Positions 1 through 11,005 of a DNA stretch of 31,557 nt are shown one piece after another. The DNA lies in the NCBI GenBank assembly GCA_046484865.1, contig JAWOID010000129.1, positions 1-31,557 on the forward strand. Direction: 5' to 3'. The position numbers and the translations under genes are program-made. The notes below the pieces were generated by a model. The model worked only from the letters and a program-made list of their open reading frames with translations, did not search any database and was not told the origin of the DNA. The DNA comes from Candidatus Krumholzibacteriia bacterium. GTDB taxonomy: Bacteria; Krumholzibacteriota; Krumholzibacteriia; LZORAL124-64-63. Position 1 is the stretch's first letter; every line of letters begins with the position of its first letter.

Positions 1-498
1 AACGGGTTAAGCACTCCTTTTCAAACGAGTCCTTATTTTCCAGATCTTCCTGCCGGGACATATGACCTGCGCATCCGCAATATTATCGAACCTTCATGTC
101 CTGTCATTATCGATCCGGCTTTTATTATTACCGAGCCCGATCAGCTCAGTGCCACGGTAACAAAAACAGACGTGACGGGTTGTTTCGGAAACAATAATGG
201 CGCGATACAGATAAGTTCTCCCGTCGGAGGCAGCGGCAATTTTCAGTATTCTGTAGATAATGCTTCGAGCTGGTTTGACAGCGGCAGTTTCAGTGGACTG
301 GTGGCGGGTTCCTATAATGTATGGATACGCGATGCAGCGGCTGTTTCATGTGAGGAATTCCTCGGCGAAATTATAATTATACAGCCCGATGAGCTTTTTG
401 CTGAGGTTCACGCCGGTGATGTAACCTGCTTTGGTGCATCTGACGGCATTATAGAGATAATAAATGCGGCAGGAGGCTCGGGGAGCTTCGAATTTTCT
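1..498 (+). CDS. Fragment of an SprB-repeat (Bacteroidota-type large surface adhesin) protein; open at the window edge and broken at ~498
   Basis: Frame 1 is open from base 1: ...DLPAGTYDLRIRN..C...ITEPDQLSATVTKTDVTGCFGNNNGAIQISSPVGGSGNFQYSVD...SGLVAGSYNVWIRD...C...IIQPDELFAEVHAGDVTCFGASDGIIEIINAAGGSGSFEFS. The repeated 'DVTC.G..DG.I.....GG....YS' and 'L.AG.Y...IRD' pattern is typical of SprB repeats. GC is ~47% in the first 60 nt versus ~70% downstream. Confidence 0.75.
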
Positions 499-1674
499 GG
501 AGAGCGTCTGGCCGAGGCGGTCGCCGGCGGCGCGGTTGCCCACCTGGTCGTGGTTCTGCATGCAGCAGACGAACCGGTGGCCCGACACGCCCTCGGCCGA
601 ACGGCCGTGCCGGCGCCGACGGTGCAGCGAGTAGCTGCCGTCGAAGCCCAGGCCGCTGGTCACCACCTTGGCCAGCTCGTGCAGGTTGCCGAAGTCGCAA
701 TAATAGCCGGCGGTCTCGCCGGTGAGGACGGTGTGCAGCGCGTGGTGGAAGTCGTCGTTCCACTGCGCGTCCAGGCCGTGGCCGCCCACCGCCGGCGGCC
801 GCACGAGACGGGGATCGTTCAGATCGCTCTCCGCGATCACCACCAGGTGGCGACCCAGCTGCGCCGACAGCACCCGCGCGTCGGTGGCCAGTTGCTCGAG
901 GAAGTGGATGGCCGACTGGTCCACGATGGCCCCCACCGCGTCGAGGCGCAGCCCGTCGAAGTGGTAGTCGCGCATCCACATCAGGGCGTTGTCGATGAAG
1001 AAGCGGCGCACCTCGTCGCTGTCGGGCCCGTCCATGTTCACGGCCCGGCCCCAGACGGTGGCATAGTGATCGGTGAAGTAGGGGCCGAAGCGTTCCAGGT
1101 AGTTGCCGTCGGGTCCCAGGTGGTTGTAGACCACGTCCAGCAGCACGGCCAGGCCCTTGCGGTGGCAGGCGTCCACCAGCTGCTTCAGGGCCTCGGGCCC
1201 GCCGTAGGCGTGGTGGGGCGCATAGAGGTCCACCCCGTCGTAGCCCCAGCCGCGCTCGCCCGGGAACTCGGACACCGGCATGATCTCCACGTGGGTGACG
1301 GCGAGGTCCCGCAGGTGGTCGAGCCGCTCCTCCACTCCCGCGAAGGTGCCCGCCGGAGTGAAGGTGCCCACGTGCAGTTCGTAGATCAGCGCCGCCGGCA
1401 GCGGCACGGCCTGGAAGCCGGCGTCCGTCCACCGGAACCGCGCGTGGTCCACCCAGCGCGACGGGCCGTGCACACCCTCCGGCTGCCAGGGTGAACGGGG
1501 GTCCGGGAATGGCCCCTCGCCGTCCACGTGATAGGCGTAGTCGGTGCCGTGGACGACGTGGGGAGCGTCCACCTCCCACCAGCCGCGGGCCGCACGCGCC
1601 AGGGGCACGCCGCGGCCGCCGGCCTCCAGCTCCACCTCGCGGGCCATGGGGGCCCATACCCGCATCCGCGTCAT
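499..1674 (-). pseudogene. treZ: Malto-oligosyltrehalose trehalohydrolase (GH13), 3'-truncated at ~392 codons by the junction at ~498
   Basis: Starts MTRMRVWAP (ATG 1674, ATGA overlap with the treY stop). Motifs PDPRSPWQPEGVHGPS, IYELHVGTFT, WGYDGV, LDVVYNHLGPDGNYL, FDGLRLDAV, IAESDLND, QWNDDFHH and QNHDQVGNR are present. After GQTLS the frame runs into unrelated low-GC sequence (stop at 346). Confidence 0.88.
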
Positions 1675-4418
1675 GACCTCTCCTCCCTGATCAAGAGCGC
1701 CACGGGGAACCGGTCGAGGGCCTCGGCCACCGCCAGGCGGCCGCCCTCGCGGATGCTGTCGGTCAGCGCGTCGCGCCAGCGGCCCGACGTCAGTTCCACG
1801 ACCGTGTCGCCCCAGGCGCCGGCGAGCCCGAGCACCAGGCGGGGCACCAGCACCGCCGCTCCACCGCCACGCAAGTAGGCCACGGCATGATCGGCCCGCT
1901 CGCCGTGCACGGGCAGATCCTCGTAGGCGGCGCCGGCGCCGAAGAGATCGGCGTGCGTGCGCCGGACGCGCAGCGCACGGTGCAGCAGCCACAGCTTGGG
2001 CAGACCCTCGTCGGCGCGCCCGAGCACGTCCTCCACGGTCCGCCCCGCCAGTTCCTCCAGCAGGTCCGTGCGCCGGATGAAGTCGATGGCGCGGCGGTTG
2101 TCGGGATCCACGAGGCTCAGGTCCCAGAGTTCGGTGCCCTGGTAGATGTCCGGCACGCCCGGCGCGGTGAGCTTGAGCAACGTCTCGGCCAGGCTGTTCA
2201 CGCGGCCCGGTTCCACCAGGGGCGCCACGAACGCGCCCAGATCGTCGGTGAACGCGCGGTCGGCGAGGATGCCTCTGACGAAGCGCTGCAGCGCTTGCTC
2301 CCACGCCTCGTCCTGCTGCGTCCAGGAGGTGTGGAGCTTGGCCTCGCGGCTGGCCTTCTCCATGTACTGGACCGCCCGCTCGGCGGTGATGGGCCACGCT
2401 CCCGCGAGCACCTGGTAGAGGTGGTACTCGGTGTCGCGGTCCGGGACGGCGTCGTCGCCGGCGCTCGCCGCCTCGGCCACGCCGTGCGCCGGTCCCGCCT
2501 CCGCGATCGTGGGCGAGGCCGCGCTGCGGTGCCGCTCGTTGTGCGCGGACCAGCGGTGGGCGGCGGCGGCCCACCGCTCCGGCTGCTCCGAGAGCAGCAC
2601 CAGGCGGGCGCGGACGTCCTCGCTGCGCTTCGTGTCGTGGGTGGAGGTGGCCAGCAACGAGCGCGGCCGGCGCGCCTGGGCGTCGACGCAGGCGGCGTGG
2701 AACTCGTCCACCGGGGTGCCGAAGCGCCCGGGGTCGCCCCCCACCTCGTTGAGCGACAGCAGGCGGTTGTAGCGGTAGAACGCCGTGTCTTCCAGCCCCT
2801 TGGCCATGGCCGGGCCGGTGAGCTGCTGGAAACGCATGGCCAGCTCGCTCTCGCGCTCGCCCTTCACCCGCAACAGCAGGATGTCCTGCAGGAAGTCGAG
2901 CAGCTGGGAGTCGAGGTCCGGCCGGTCCGCCAGCGCCTGGGCCACGGCGGCCTGCACGTGCTCCACGTCCGTCTCGGAGACGGCGCCGTACCGCGCGCGC
3001 ACGTAGCTGCGGTACACCGGAAAGCACGCGGCCACCTCCACCAGTGCCTCGCGCAGCTCGTGACGCGTGTAGTCGCGGTGGCGCCGGTGCCGTTCGCAGA
3101 CCTCCACGAAGAGCACCGACAGGCGCCGCAGCTCGCTGGCCAGCAGTTCCTGCAGGACCTCACGCTTGCAGTCACGTACCAGCACGCCGAAGTCCACCTC
3201 CTCGCCGGTGAACTCGGCGTAGCAGCGAGTGAGCGGCTCTTCCCCGCGCGGGTCCACGAACAGCCCGTCGACCAGACGCAGGAAGTCGTAGCCGGTGGTG
3301 CCCTCCACCGGCCAGTCGTCGGGCAGGTGCTCGCCGGGCTCGAGGATCTTCTCGGCCACGAGCCACGCCTCGGGGGCCGCTCGGCGCAGCCGCTGGAAGT
3401 ACTCGGCCGGATCGCGCAGGCCGTCCGGATGGTCCACGCGCAACCCCTGCACCGTACCGTCGCGCACCCAGCGCAGCGGCAGCTCGTGGGTGGCGTGGAA
3501 CACCTCCTCCTCCTCGACGCGCAGTCCGGCGAGGTCGTGGATGTCGAAGAAGCGCCGGTAGCCGAGGTCGCGCCCCGCCGTGCGCCAGAACGCCAGCCGG
3601 TAGTTCTGGCTGTCGACGAGCGCATCGAGCAGGTCGGGGTCGCCGTTGGTGCGGGAGACCTCGGCGTCGATGGCGCGGCACACGTTGGGATTCTCGCGAC
3701 ACAGGCGGGCCAGCATGCGACCGACGACTGCCTTGTCGCGATGCCGGCGCTCCACCTCGCGGCGGCCGGTCACGGTCGGCCGGGGCAGACGGCCGCAGAC
3801 GTCGCCGAGGAAGGCGAGCAGATCCGAACCGGCGGTTTCCGCCGCGCGTGCGAGCAGGTCGTCGAGGCTGGACGGATCGACCGGGAATACGTGCTCGAAG
3901 TGGTGCAGGCTGAACGCGCCGTCGGCATGGACGAGGCGCAGCTCGCCCGCTTCCAGGATCCGGCCGTAGTGATCGCCGAGCACCGGCAGCATCACCTTGT
4001 TCGGCCAGCGTTCCTCCGAGGCCTCCCAGTCGACGTCGAAGTAGGTGGCGAAGCGGCTCGAGGGGCCGTTCTCCAGAACGTCCCACCACCACGGATTCTG
4101 GCGGCCGGCGATGGCCATGTGGTTCGGCACGATGTCCACCATGTGCCCGAGTCCCGCCTCCGCCAGCGCCGCCGCGAAGGCCGCATGAGCGGTGCGGCCG
4201 CCCAGTTCCTCGTTGATGCGGGTGGGATCGACCACGTCGTAGCCGTGCATGCTGCCGGTCGCGGCCTGCAGGTAAGGGGACGTGTAGATGTGGCTGATGC
4301 CCAGCGCTGCCAGGTACGGCACCAGCTCCGTCGCCTCGGCGAAGCCGAAATCGGGCGTGAGCTGCAGGCGGTACGTGGCCACCGGCGCGGGCGCCGCTCC
4401 ACCGCCGTCACGATTCAT
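1671..4418 (-). CDS. treY: Malto-oligosyltrehalose synthase
   Basis: PVATYRLQL, GISHIYTSP, HGYDVVDP, DIVPNHMA, YRRFFDI, GLRVDHPDGLRDP, EKIL, FQQLTGPAMAKGLEDTAFYRY, STHDTKRSEDVRAR, PGVPDIYQGTE, SLVDPDNRR; lies between treX and treZ with overlapping ends. Confidence 0.96.
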   Translation of the reverse strand: MNRDGGGAAPAPVATYRLQLTPDFGFAEATELVPYLAALGISHIYTSPYLQAATGSMHGYDVVDPTRINEELGGRTAHAAFAAALAEAGLGHMVDIVPNHMAIAGRQNPWWWDVLENGPSSRFATYFDVDWEASEERWPNKVMLPVLGDHYGRILEAGELRLVHADGAFSLHHFEHVFPVDPSSLDDLLARAAETAGSDLLAFLGDVCGRLPRPTVTGRREVERRHRDKAVVGRMLARLCRENPNVCRAIDAEVSRTNGDPDLLDALVDSQNYRLAFWRTAGRDLGYRRFFDIHDLAGLRVEEEEVFHATHELPLRWVRDGTVQGLRVDHPDGLRDPAEYFQRLRRAAPEAWLVAEKILEPGEHLPDDWPVEGTTGYDFLRLVDGLFVDPRGEEPLTRCYAEFTGEEVDFGVLVRDCKREVLQELLASELRRLSVLFVEVCERHRRHRDYTRHELREALVEVAACFPVYRSYVRARYGAVSETDVEHVQAAVAQALADRPDLDSQLLDFLQDILLLRVKGERESELAMRFQQLTGPAMAKGLEDTAFYRYNRLLSLNEVGGDPGRFGTPVDEFHAACVDAQARRPRSLLATSTHDTKRSEDVRARLVLLSEQPERWAAAAHRWSAHNERHRSAASPTIAEAGPAHGVAEAASAGDDAVPDRDTEYHLYQVLAGAWPITAERAVQYMEKASREAKLHTSWTQQDEAWEQALQRFVRGILADRAFTDDLGAFVAPLVEPGRVNSLAETLLKLTAPGVPDIYQGTELWDLSLVDPDNRRAIDFIRRTDLLEELAGRTVEDVLGRADEGLPKLWLLHRALRVRRTHADLFGAGAAYEDLPVHGERADHAVAYLRGGGAAVLVPRLVLGLAGAWGDTVVELTSGRWRDALTDSIREGGRLAVAEALDRFPVALLIREERS

Positions 4419-6507
4419 GGCGCAGCACCACCAGCGACCGGCCCGTCACCTCGATGGCGTCCCCGGGCCCGTGGTAGTCGTCTTCGTCCAGCCAGCCGAC
4501 GCTGGTGTCCAGCTCCCGCCGCCACACGTGGCCCCAGCGCGAGCCCGGCAGCTCGAAGGACAGGGGCTCGTAGTGCGCGTTGAGCATCAGGTAGAAGCTG
4601 GCGTCGGTCACCGGCTCACCGCGCGGATTGGGGTTGGGGATCGTCTCGCCGTTCAGGTAGATCCCGAGCGACTTGGCGAACCACGTACCCCAGTTCTCCT
4701 CCTGCATGGGCTCGCCCTCGATGGTGAACCAGCCGATGTCCTGGTTGTCGCTGCCGTGGATGGCGCGTCCCTGGAACCAGCGCCGGCGACGGAACACCGG
4801 ATGCTCGAAGCGGTACCGGATCAGGCGCCGCGTGAACTCCAGCAACTCCTCGTCCAGGTGTTCCCAGTCGTACCAGGAGATCTCGTTGTCCTGGCAGTAG
4901 CCGTTGTTGTTGCCCATCTGCGTGCGGCCGAGCTCGTCGCCGCCCAGGAGCATGGGAACGCCCTGGGACAGCATGAGCGTGACCAGGAAGTTGCGCTTCT
5001 GCTGCTGGCGCAGGGCGAGGATCTCCGGGTCCTGCGTGGGACCTTCCACGCCGTGATTCCAGGAGCGGTTGAAGCTCTCGCCGTCACGGTTGTCCTCGCC
5101 GTTGGCCTCGTTGTGCTTCTCGTTGTACGAGACCAGATCCTCGAGCGTGAAGCCGTCGTGGGCGGTGACGAAGTTGATGCTCGCGAACGGCTGGCGGCTG
5201 TTGTTCTCGTAGAGGTCGGAACTGCCGGTGATCCGGTAAGCCAGCTCGCCCAGCGTCTGGTCCTGGCCGCGCCAGAAGTCGCGCACGCAGTCGCGGTACA
5301 TGCCGTTCCACTCCGACCAGACCGGCGGGAAGTTGCCCACCTGGTAGCCGCCCTCGCCCACGTCCCAGGGTTCGGCGATGAGCTTCACGTCGGCCAGCAC
5401 GGGGTCCTGCTGGATGAGGTCGAAGAACGCCGACAGCCGGTCCACGTCGTGCAACTCGCGCGCCAGGGTGGAGGCCAGATCGAAGCGGAAGCCGTCCACG
5501 TGCATTTCCAGCACCCAGTAGCGCAGCGAGTCCATGATGAGCTGCAGCGTGTGCGGATGGCGCATGTGCAGGCTGTTGCCCGTGCCGGTGTAGTCCATGT
5601 AGTAGCGCCGGTCGCGGGTGAGCCGGTAGTAATATGCGTTGTCGATGCCCTTGAAGCAGAGGATCGGGCCCATGTGGTTGCCCTCGGCCGTGTGGTTGTA
5701 GACCACGTCGAGGATCACCTCGATGCCCGCCTGATGCAGCGTCTTGACCATGCCCTTGAACTCGCTGACGGCACCGCCGGGACGCTTGTCGGCGGCGTAC
5801 AGGGGATGGGGGGCGAAGTAGCCGATGGAGTTGTAGCCCCAGTAGTTGCGCAGGCCGCGCTCCACCAGGTGCTTGTCGTGGACGAAGTGGTGCACCGGCA
5901 TCAACTCCACCCCGGTCACGCCGAGTTGCCTGAGGTACTCGATGCAGACCGGATGGGCGAGTCCGGCATAGGTGCCGCGCAGGTCGGGCGGAAGGTCGGG
6001 GTGCTGAGCGGTGAAGCCCTTGATGTGCACCTCGTAGATCACCGCCTCGTGCCACGGCAGCTGCAGCCGGCGATCGCCGCTCCAGTCGAAGTATGGCTGG
6101 TGCACCACCGAGCGCGGCATGAACGGCGCGCTGTCGTCGTCATTGAACGAGTCGGGCCCGTCCGCGAAGCGATAGGGGAACACCGCCTCGTCCCAGCGCA
6201 CGTGACCTTCGACCGCCTTGCCGTAGGGGTCGAGCAGCAGCTTGTTCGGGTTGCAGCGGTGGCCGGCGCGCGGGTCCCACGGACCGTGGACGCGGAAGCC
6301 GTACCGCTGTCCCGGCTCCACGCGCGGCAGATAGGCGTGCCAGCAGTACGCCGTGACCTCGGGTAGTTCCACGCGGGTCTCGCGACCGTCGTCGTCGAAG
6401 AGGCACAGATCCACGCTCTCCGCGACCTCGGAGAACAGGGAGAAGTTGGTGCCGGCGCCGTCGAACGACGCGCCCAGCGGATAATACTGACCTGGCCAGA
6501 CTTTCAT
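4408..6507 (-). CDS. glgX: Glycogen debranching enzyme GlgX/TreX (isoamylase, GH13)
   Basis: Start MKVWPGQYYPLGASFDGAGTNFSLFSE (ATG 6507, purine-rich RBS GAGAAGAG). Motifs NPNKLLLDPY, NYWGYN, DVVYNHTAEG, HVDGFRFDLA, KLIAEPWD, INFVTAHDGFTL, SQGVPMLLGGDE. The longer ORF to 7188 is an upstream extension with no GH13 character. Confidence 0.96.
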   Translation of the reverse strand: MKVWPGQYYPLGASFDGAGTNFSLFSEVAESVDLCLFDDDGRETRVELPEVTAYCWHAYLPRVEPGQRYGFRVHGPWDPRAGHRCNPNKLLLDPYGKAVEGHVRWDEAVFPYRFADGPDSFNDDDSAPFMPRSVVHQPYFDWSGDRRLQLPWHEAVIYEVHIKGFTAQHPDLPPDLRGTYAGLAHPVCIEYLRQLGVTGVELMPVHHFVHDKHLVERGLRNYWGYNSIGYFAPHPLYAADKRPGGAVSEFKGMVKTLHQAGIEVILDVVYNHTAEGNHMGPILCFKGIDNAYYYRLTRDRRYYMDYTGTGNSLHMRHPHTLQLIMDSLRYWVLEMHVDGFRFDLASTLARELHDVDRLSAFFDLIQQDPVLADVKLIAEPWDVGEGGYQVGNFPPVWSEWNGMYRDCVRDFWRGQDQTLGELAYRITGSSDLYENNSRQPFASINFVTAHDGFTLEDLVSYNEKHNEANGEDNRDGESFNRSWNHGVEGPTQDPEILALRQQQKRNFLVTLMLSQGVPMLLGGDELGRTQMGNNNGYCQDNEISWYDWEHLDEELLEFTRRLIRYRFEHPVFRRRRWFQGRAIHGSDNQDIGWFTIEGEPMQEENWGTWFAKSLGIYLNGETIPNPNPRGEPVTDASFYLMLNAHYEPLSFELPGSRWGHVWRRELDTSVGWLDEDDYHGPGDAIEVTGRSLVVLRHES

Positions 6508-6589
6508 CGGAACTCTTCTCGCCGGGATGGAACTGCAAGGTCCGGCTGCCGGTCCGCATCCCCGTGCGCGGGCCGCAGCGCCAACAGAC

Positions 6590-6598
6590 AAGCTAGCA
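6590..6598 (-). promoter_or_regulatory. Possible extended -10 promoter (TGc-TAGCTT) for the glgX-treY-treZ operon
   Basis: The minus strand reads TGCTAGCTT about 80 nt upstream of the glgX ATG; no clear -35. Confidence 0.3.
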
Positions 6599-6793
6599 GA
6601 GCGGGCGCGGATGGCTACGCCCCGCCTGGCGCGGAGCGGCGACCCGTCCCGTCGCGTGGCCTCCGCCGCGGCGTCACCCGCACACCCGGCGGGCATACGA
6701 TCTCGCATGCGCTCCACGACTCTGCGCGCCGGGGTTGCGGAACGCCTCCAGCCGGATTGCTTGGAAACAGGGCGGGAATCGGAAGGAGTTCGC

Positions 6794-7777
6794 TTGCAGC
6801 CGATGCGCTGGCAGTTCGCCCGGCGCGACCTGGGCCCGGACCGGGGAACGGCGGCCGTCCGGCACCGGTCCGCCGCCGCCGTGGCACTGGCACCGGCGCT
6901 GACACCGGCGCTGACACCGGCACTGGCGATGGCGCTGGCGATAGCGCTCGCGGTCGCCGGCACGGGCTGCGCGGGGCCGGCCGTCGGGGCCGGCGCCGTG
7001 CCCGGGCCCAGCGAGGTGCCGGCCGCCGCCGCCGCGAACGACACGCTGACCCCGGCCGAACCCGACACGCTGACCCCGGCCGAACTGGACACGCTGGCGC
7101 CGGCCCGGGTCGACTCGCTGGCGGAGGCGGTCGCCGATTCGCTGGCCGCGGAACCGGCGGTGGAAGACCCGCCCTCGTCGCTGGACATCCGGATCTTCTA
7201 TCGCATCTATCGTTCCACCAGTGTGCCGGTCTCGGTGTACCTGCGGGCCGCCGACGCCACCGCCTATCCGGTCTTCCTGGCCGCCGTCCCCGCGGCCTGG
7301 CTCGCCGTGGCGCTGCGCGACGACGGTTTCGCCCGCGATGCGGCGCGCCTGACCGCGGCGCAGATCGTCACGGGAGCCGGGATATTCGCCATCAAGAACA
7401 CGGTGAAACGGCCGCGTCCGTTCCGCGCGCTGCCCGGCGTCGAGCCTCGCCACGGCCTGCTCGAGCCGGACGAGATCCCCCTCGATCCGTACTCGTTCCC
7501 CTCCGGCCACACCGCGATCGCCTTCGCGACGCTGGTGAGCTGGAGCCTGAGCCATCCCCGGTGGGAGGTGATCGTGCCCGGCACAGTCTGGGCGGTGGGC
7601 GTGGGTCTGAGCCGGAGCTGGCTTGGGGTGCATTACCCGAGCGACGTGCTCGCAGGCGCGCTCCTCGGCTCGGCGGTGGCGGTGGTCGTCCACCTGGTGG
7701 AGCCGGAACGGCGGGACGACGACGACGCTCCGGCGGCCGCCACGATCCCGGTGTTCTCGGTCCGGTTCGGGTTCTGA
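6794..7777 (+). CDS. PAP2-family membrane phosphatase (lipid-phosphate / undecaprenyl-diphosphate phosphatase-like) with a long N-terminal extension and possible lipobox
   Basis: All three PAP2 motifs are present: KNTVKRPRP, SFPSGH, SRSWLGVHYPSD. AAGGAG at 6783-6788 precedes TTG 6794 (alternative ATG 6803). A hydrophobic stretch ends ...ALAVAGTGC. Confidence 0.85.
   Translation: MQPMRWQFARRDLGPDRGTAAVRHRSAAAVALAPALTPALTPALAMALAIALAVAGTGCAGPAVGAGAVPGPSEVPAAAAANDTLTPAEPDTLTPAELDTLAPARVDSLAEAVADSLAAEPAVEDPPSSLDIRIFYRIYRSTSVPVSVYLRAADATAYPVFLAAVPAAWLAVALRDDGFARDAARLTAAQIVTGAGIFAIKNTVKRPRPFRALPGVEPRHGLLEPDEIPLDPYSFPSGHTAIAFATLVSWSLSHPRWEVIVPGTVWAVGVGLSRSWLGVHYPSDVLAGALLGSAVAVVVHLVEPERRDDDDAPAAATIPVFSVRFGF
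7040..7156 (+). repeat. Degenerate 24-nt (8-aa) tandem repeat, about 5 units, inside the PAP2 gene
   Basis: gacacgctgaccccggccgaaccc / gacacgctgaccccggccgaactg / gacacgctggcgccggcccgggtc / gactcgctggcggaggcggtcgcc / gattcgctggccgcggaaccg, encoding DTLTPAEP DTLTPAEL DTLAPARV DSLAEAVA DSLAAEP. Confidence 0.85.
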
Positions 7778-7818
7778 CGACCGCGTCAGATCAAAGGGCG
7801 ACAGTCACCGGGCGACCC

Positions 7819-7844
7819 CCGCGTGCAGTCGGGAACTCACGCGG
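7819..7844. terminator. Small hairpin between the convergent PAP2 and GNAT genes (possible terminator, no U-tract)
   Basis: CCGCGTG (7819-7825) pairs with CACGCGG (7838-7844), overlapping the GNAT stop codon. Confidence 0.25.
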
Positions 7845-8283
7845 ATGGGGGTTCGGCTGCGGCGCCGGGAACGGAACCGTCAGTCCGTCGCTGCATGGCC
7901 TCGACCAGGCGGAATCCGTACTGCTCGTAGAGGCCGTGCGCATCGCGCGTGCGCAGCAGCTGCTGCTCGCAGCGGGCGACCGTCGGATGCTCCAGCACGC
8001 AGGCCGTGAGCCACTTGCCGAGGCCGGCGCCGCGGAACTCCGGATGGACCACCACGTCGCACACCCAGGCGAACGTGACCGAGTCGGTGACCGCCCGCGC
8101 GAAACCGATCTGCCGCTCGCCCTGGTAAAGACCGAGGCAGGTGGACGCGGCGATGGACGCCTCGATCAGCTCGGTGGAACGCGCCGGCGCCCAGTAGGTC
8201 CCCTGCAGAGCCGGCACCACGTAATAGAGGTCCAGCTCTTCGCGCGCGTCGCTGATGCGGTAATTGCCCCTGATCCATTCCAT
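7837..8283 (-). CDS. GNAT family N-acetyltransferase
   Basis: MEWIRGNYRISD..LD....TYWA....QIGFARAVTDSVTFAWVCDVVVHPEFRGAGLGKWL....LRTRDAHGLYEQYGF; acetyl-CoA motif R-G-x-G-L-G and LY..GF. ATG at 8283. Confidence 0.9.
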   Translation of the reverse strand: MEWIRGNYRISDAREELDLYYVVPALQGTYWAPARSTELIEASIAASTCLGLYQGERQIGFARAVTDSVTFAWVCDVVVHPEFRGAGLGKWLTACVLEHPTVARCEQQLLRTRDAHGLYEQYGFRLVEAMQRRTDGSVPGAAAEPPSA

Positions 8284-8324
8284 CGTACACGCTCCGTCCT
8301 GGCCGCTCGACCGCCCGGATCCGT

Positions 8325-9725
<1,401 letters not shown>

Positions 9726-9772
9726 GTGATGGTTCCTCCCGCTGGTCAGGTCGGGTGCGGCAGCGAGCGGGG

Positions 9773-9801
9773 AAGATAACACGCGCCCGCTGCCGCGCCA
9801 A
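9773..9801 (-). promoter_or_regulatory. Putative sigma70 promoter for asnS
   Basis: Minus strand TTGGCG-N17-TATCTT with TG one base upstream of the -10 (extended -10), about 45 nt before the ATG. Confidence 0.5.
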
Positions 9802-9829
9802 CGACCGGCCGGGGCGGTCGTCCCCTCGC

Positions 9830-10831
9830 TCACAGCCAGCTCCGGAAGTCGGGCCGCCGCGAGGGACGGTTCTCCAGGATCGTCTCGATCCGCTCCATCG
9901 CCGCCGCGTCGAGCCTGGGCGCCACATCGAGCGCCTTCATGTTCTCCTGCACCTGCTCGGGACGCGAGGCGCCGGTGATCACCGTGCTCACGCGCGGATT
10001 CTTCAGGCACCAGGCGATCGCGAGCTGCGCCTGGGTGCAGCCCAGCTCGCCGGCCAGCTCGCCGAGCTTCCGGATCTTCGCGATGTTGGCCTCCGCCTCC
10101 GCTCCCAGCACCATGTCGCGGAGCCAGGAATAGCTCTCCAGGGCCAGCCGGCTGTCCGGCGGCACCCCCTCGTTGTACTTGCCGGTGAGCAGCCCGCTGG
10201 CCAGCGGGCTCCAGATGGTCGTGCCCAGCCCGATGTCGTCGTACAGCGACGCGTACTCCTTCTCGACGCGCTCGCGGGAAAGCATGTTGTACTGCGGCTG
10301 CTCCATGAGCGGCGGCACGAGATGCTCGCGTCGGGCCACGTGCCACGCCTCGCGGATCTCCTCGGCGCTCCACTCGCTGGTGCCCCAGTAGAACGCCCAG
10401 CCGCGGTCGATGACGTGGTTCATCGCCCGCACGACCTCCTCCATCGGCGTGGACGGGTCGGGGCGGTGGCAGAAGATCAGGTCCACGTACGTCAACCGCA
10501 GCCGCTCCAGGGCCGCCGCGGTCCCCTCCACGATATGCTTGCGCGAGAGCCCCGCGTCGTTCGGTCCCTTGCCGCCCCAGAAGATCTTGGTCGAGATCAC
10601 CAGGTCCGGGCGCCGCCAGCCTGTCTGCTCGAGGACGCGGCCCATGATCTCCTCGGCCTTGCCCGCCGCGTAAACCTCGGCGTTATCGAAGAAGTTCACG
10701 CCCGCGTCGCGCGCGGCGCGCATGCAGGCGAGCGCGAGATCGTCGTCGAGCTGGTCGCTGAACGTGACCCAGGCGCCGAACGACAGGGCCGAGACGCGCA
10801 GGCCCGACCGCCCCAGAAAGCGATACTCCAT
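9830..10831 (-). CDS. Aldo/keto reductase, voltage-gated K+ channel beta-subunit-like
   Basis: [38 protein letters not shown] (catalytic D/Y), [77 protein letters not shown] before ATG 10831. Confidence 0.93.
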   Translation of the reverse strand: MEYRFLGRSGLRVSALSFGAWVTFSDQLDDDLALACMRAARDAGVNFFDNAEVYAAGKAEEIMGRVLEQTGWRRPDLVISTKIFWGGKGPNDAGLSRKHIVEGTAAALERLRLTYVDLIFCHRPDPSTPMEEVVRAMNHVIDRGWAFYWGTSEWSAEEIREAWHVARREHLVPPLMEQPQYNMLSRERVEKEYASLYDDIGLGTTIWSPLASGLLTGKYNEGVPPDSRLALESYSWLRDMVLGAEAEANIAKIRKLGELAGELGCTQAQLAIAWCLKNPRVSTVITGASRPEQVQENMKALDVAPRLDAAAMERIETILENRPSRRPDFRSWL

Positions 10832-11005
10832 GGTTGTCCTTTCGAGTGTGCCGCGGGAGCGAGTGGCCGGCGTCGTGGCGGCGGCAGACCGCCGGCTCCG
10901 GAACGCCGTCCACGGATGGAGGGTCCCGCCGATCCGGCGCTCAACATAGGGCGCCGGCGACGCGCTCGCCACGCGTAACGACGGCGTGGCGAGCTGCGGT
11001 GCCTC

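Noticed and set aside
172..1494. 440-aa plus-strand ORF as a single protein
   Set aside because: Only the first ~109 codons are SprB-like; the remainder is the antisense shadow of treZ read through the junction.
1887..6366. Long plus-strand ORFs (898 aa, 692 aa) opposite treY and glgX
   Set aside because: Antisense shadow frames expected in high-GC genes; no recognisable motifs, and the opposite strand carries clear enzymes.
7040..7156. Tandem repeat as a CRISPR array
   Set aside because: Units are contiguous, in-frame and degenerate with no unique spacers, and no cas genes are present.
6508..7188. 227-aa N-terminal extension of GlgX
   Set aside because: Low-complexity antisense of the PAP2 gene and intergenic DNA; a canonical GlgX start with an RBS lies at 6507.
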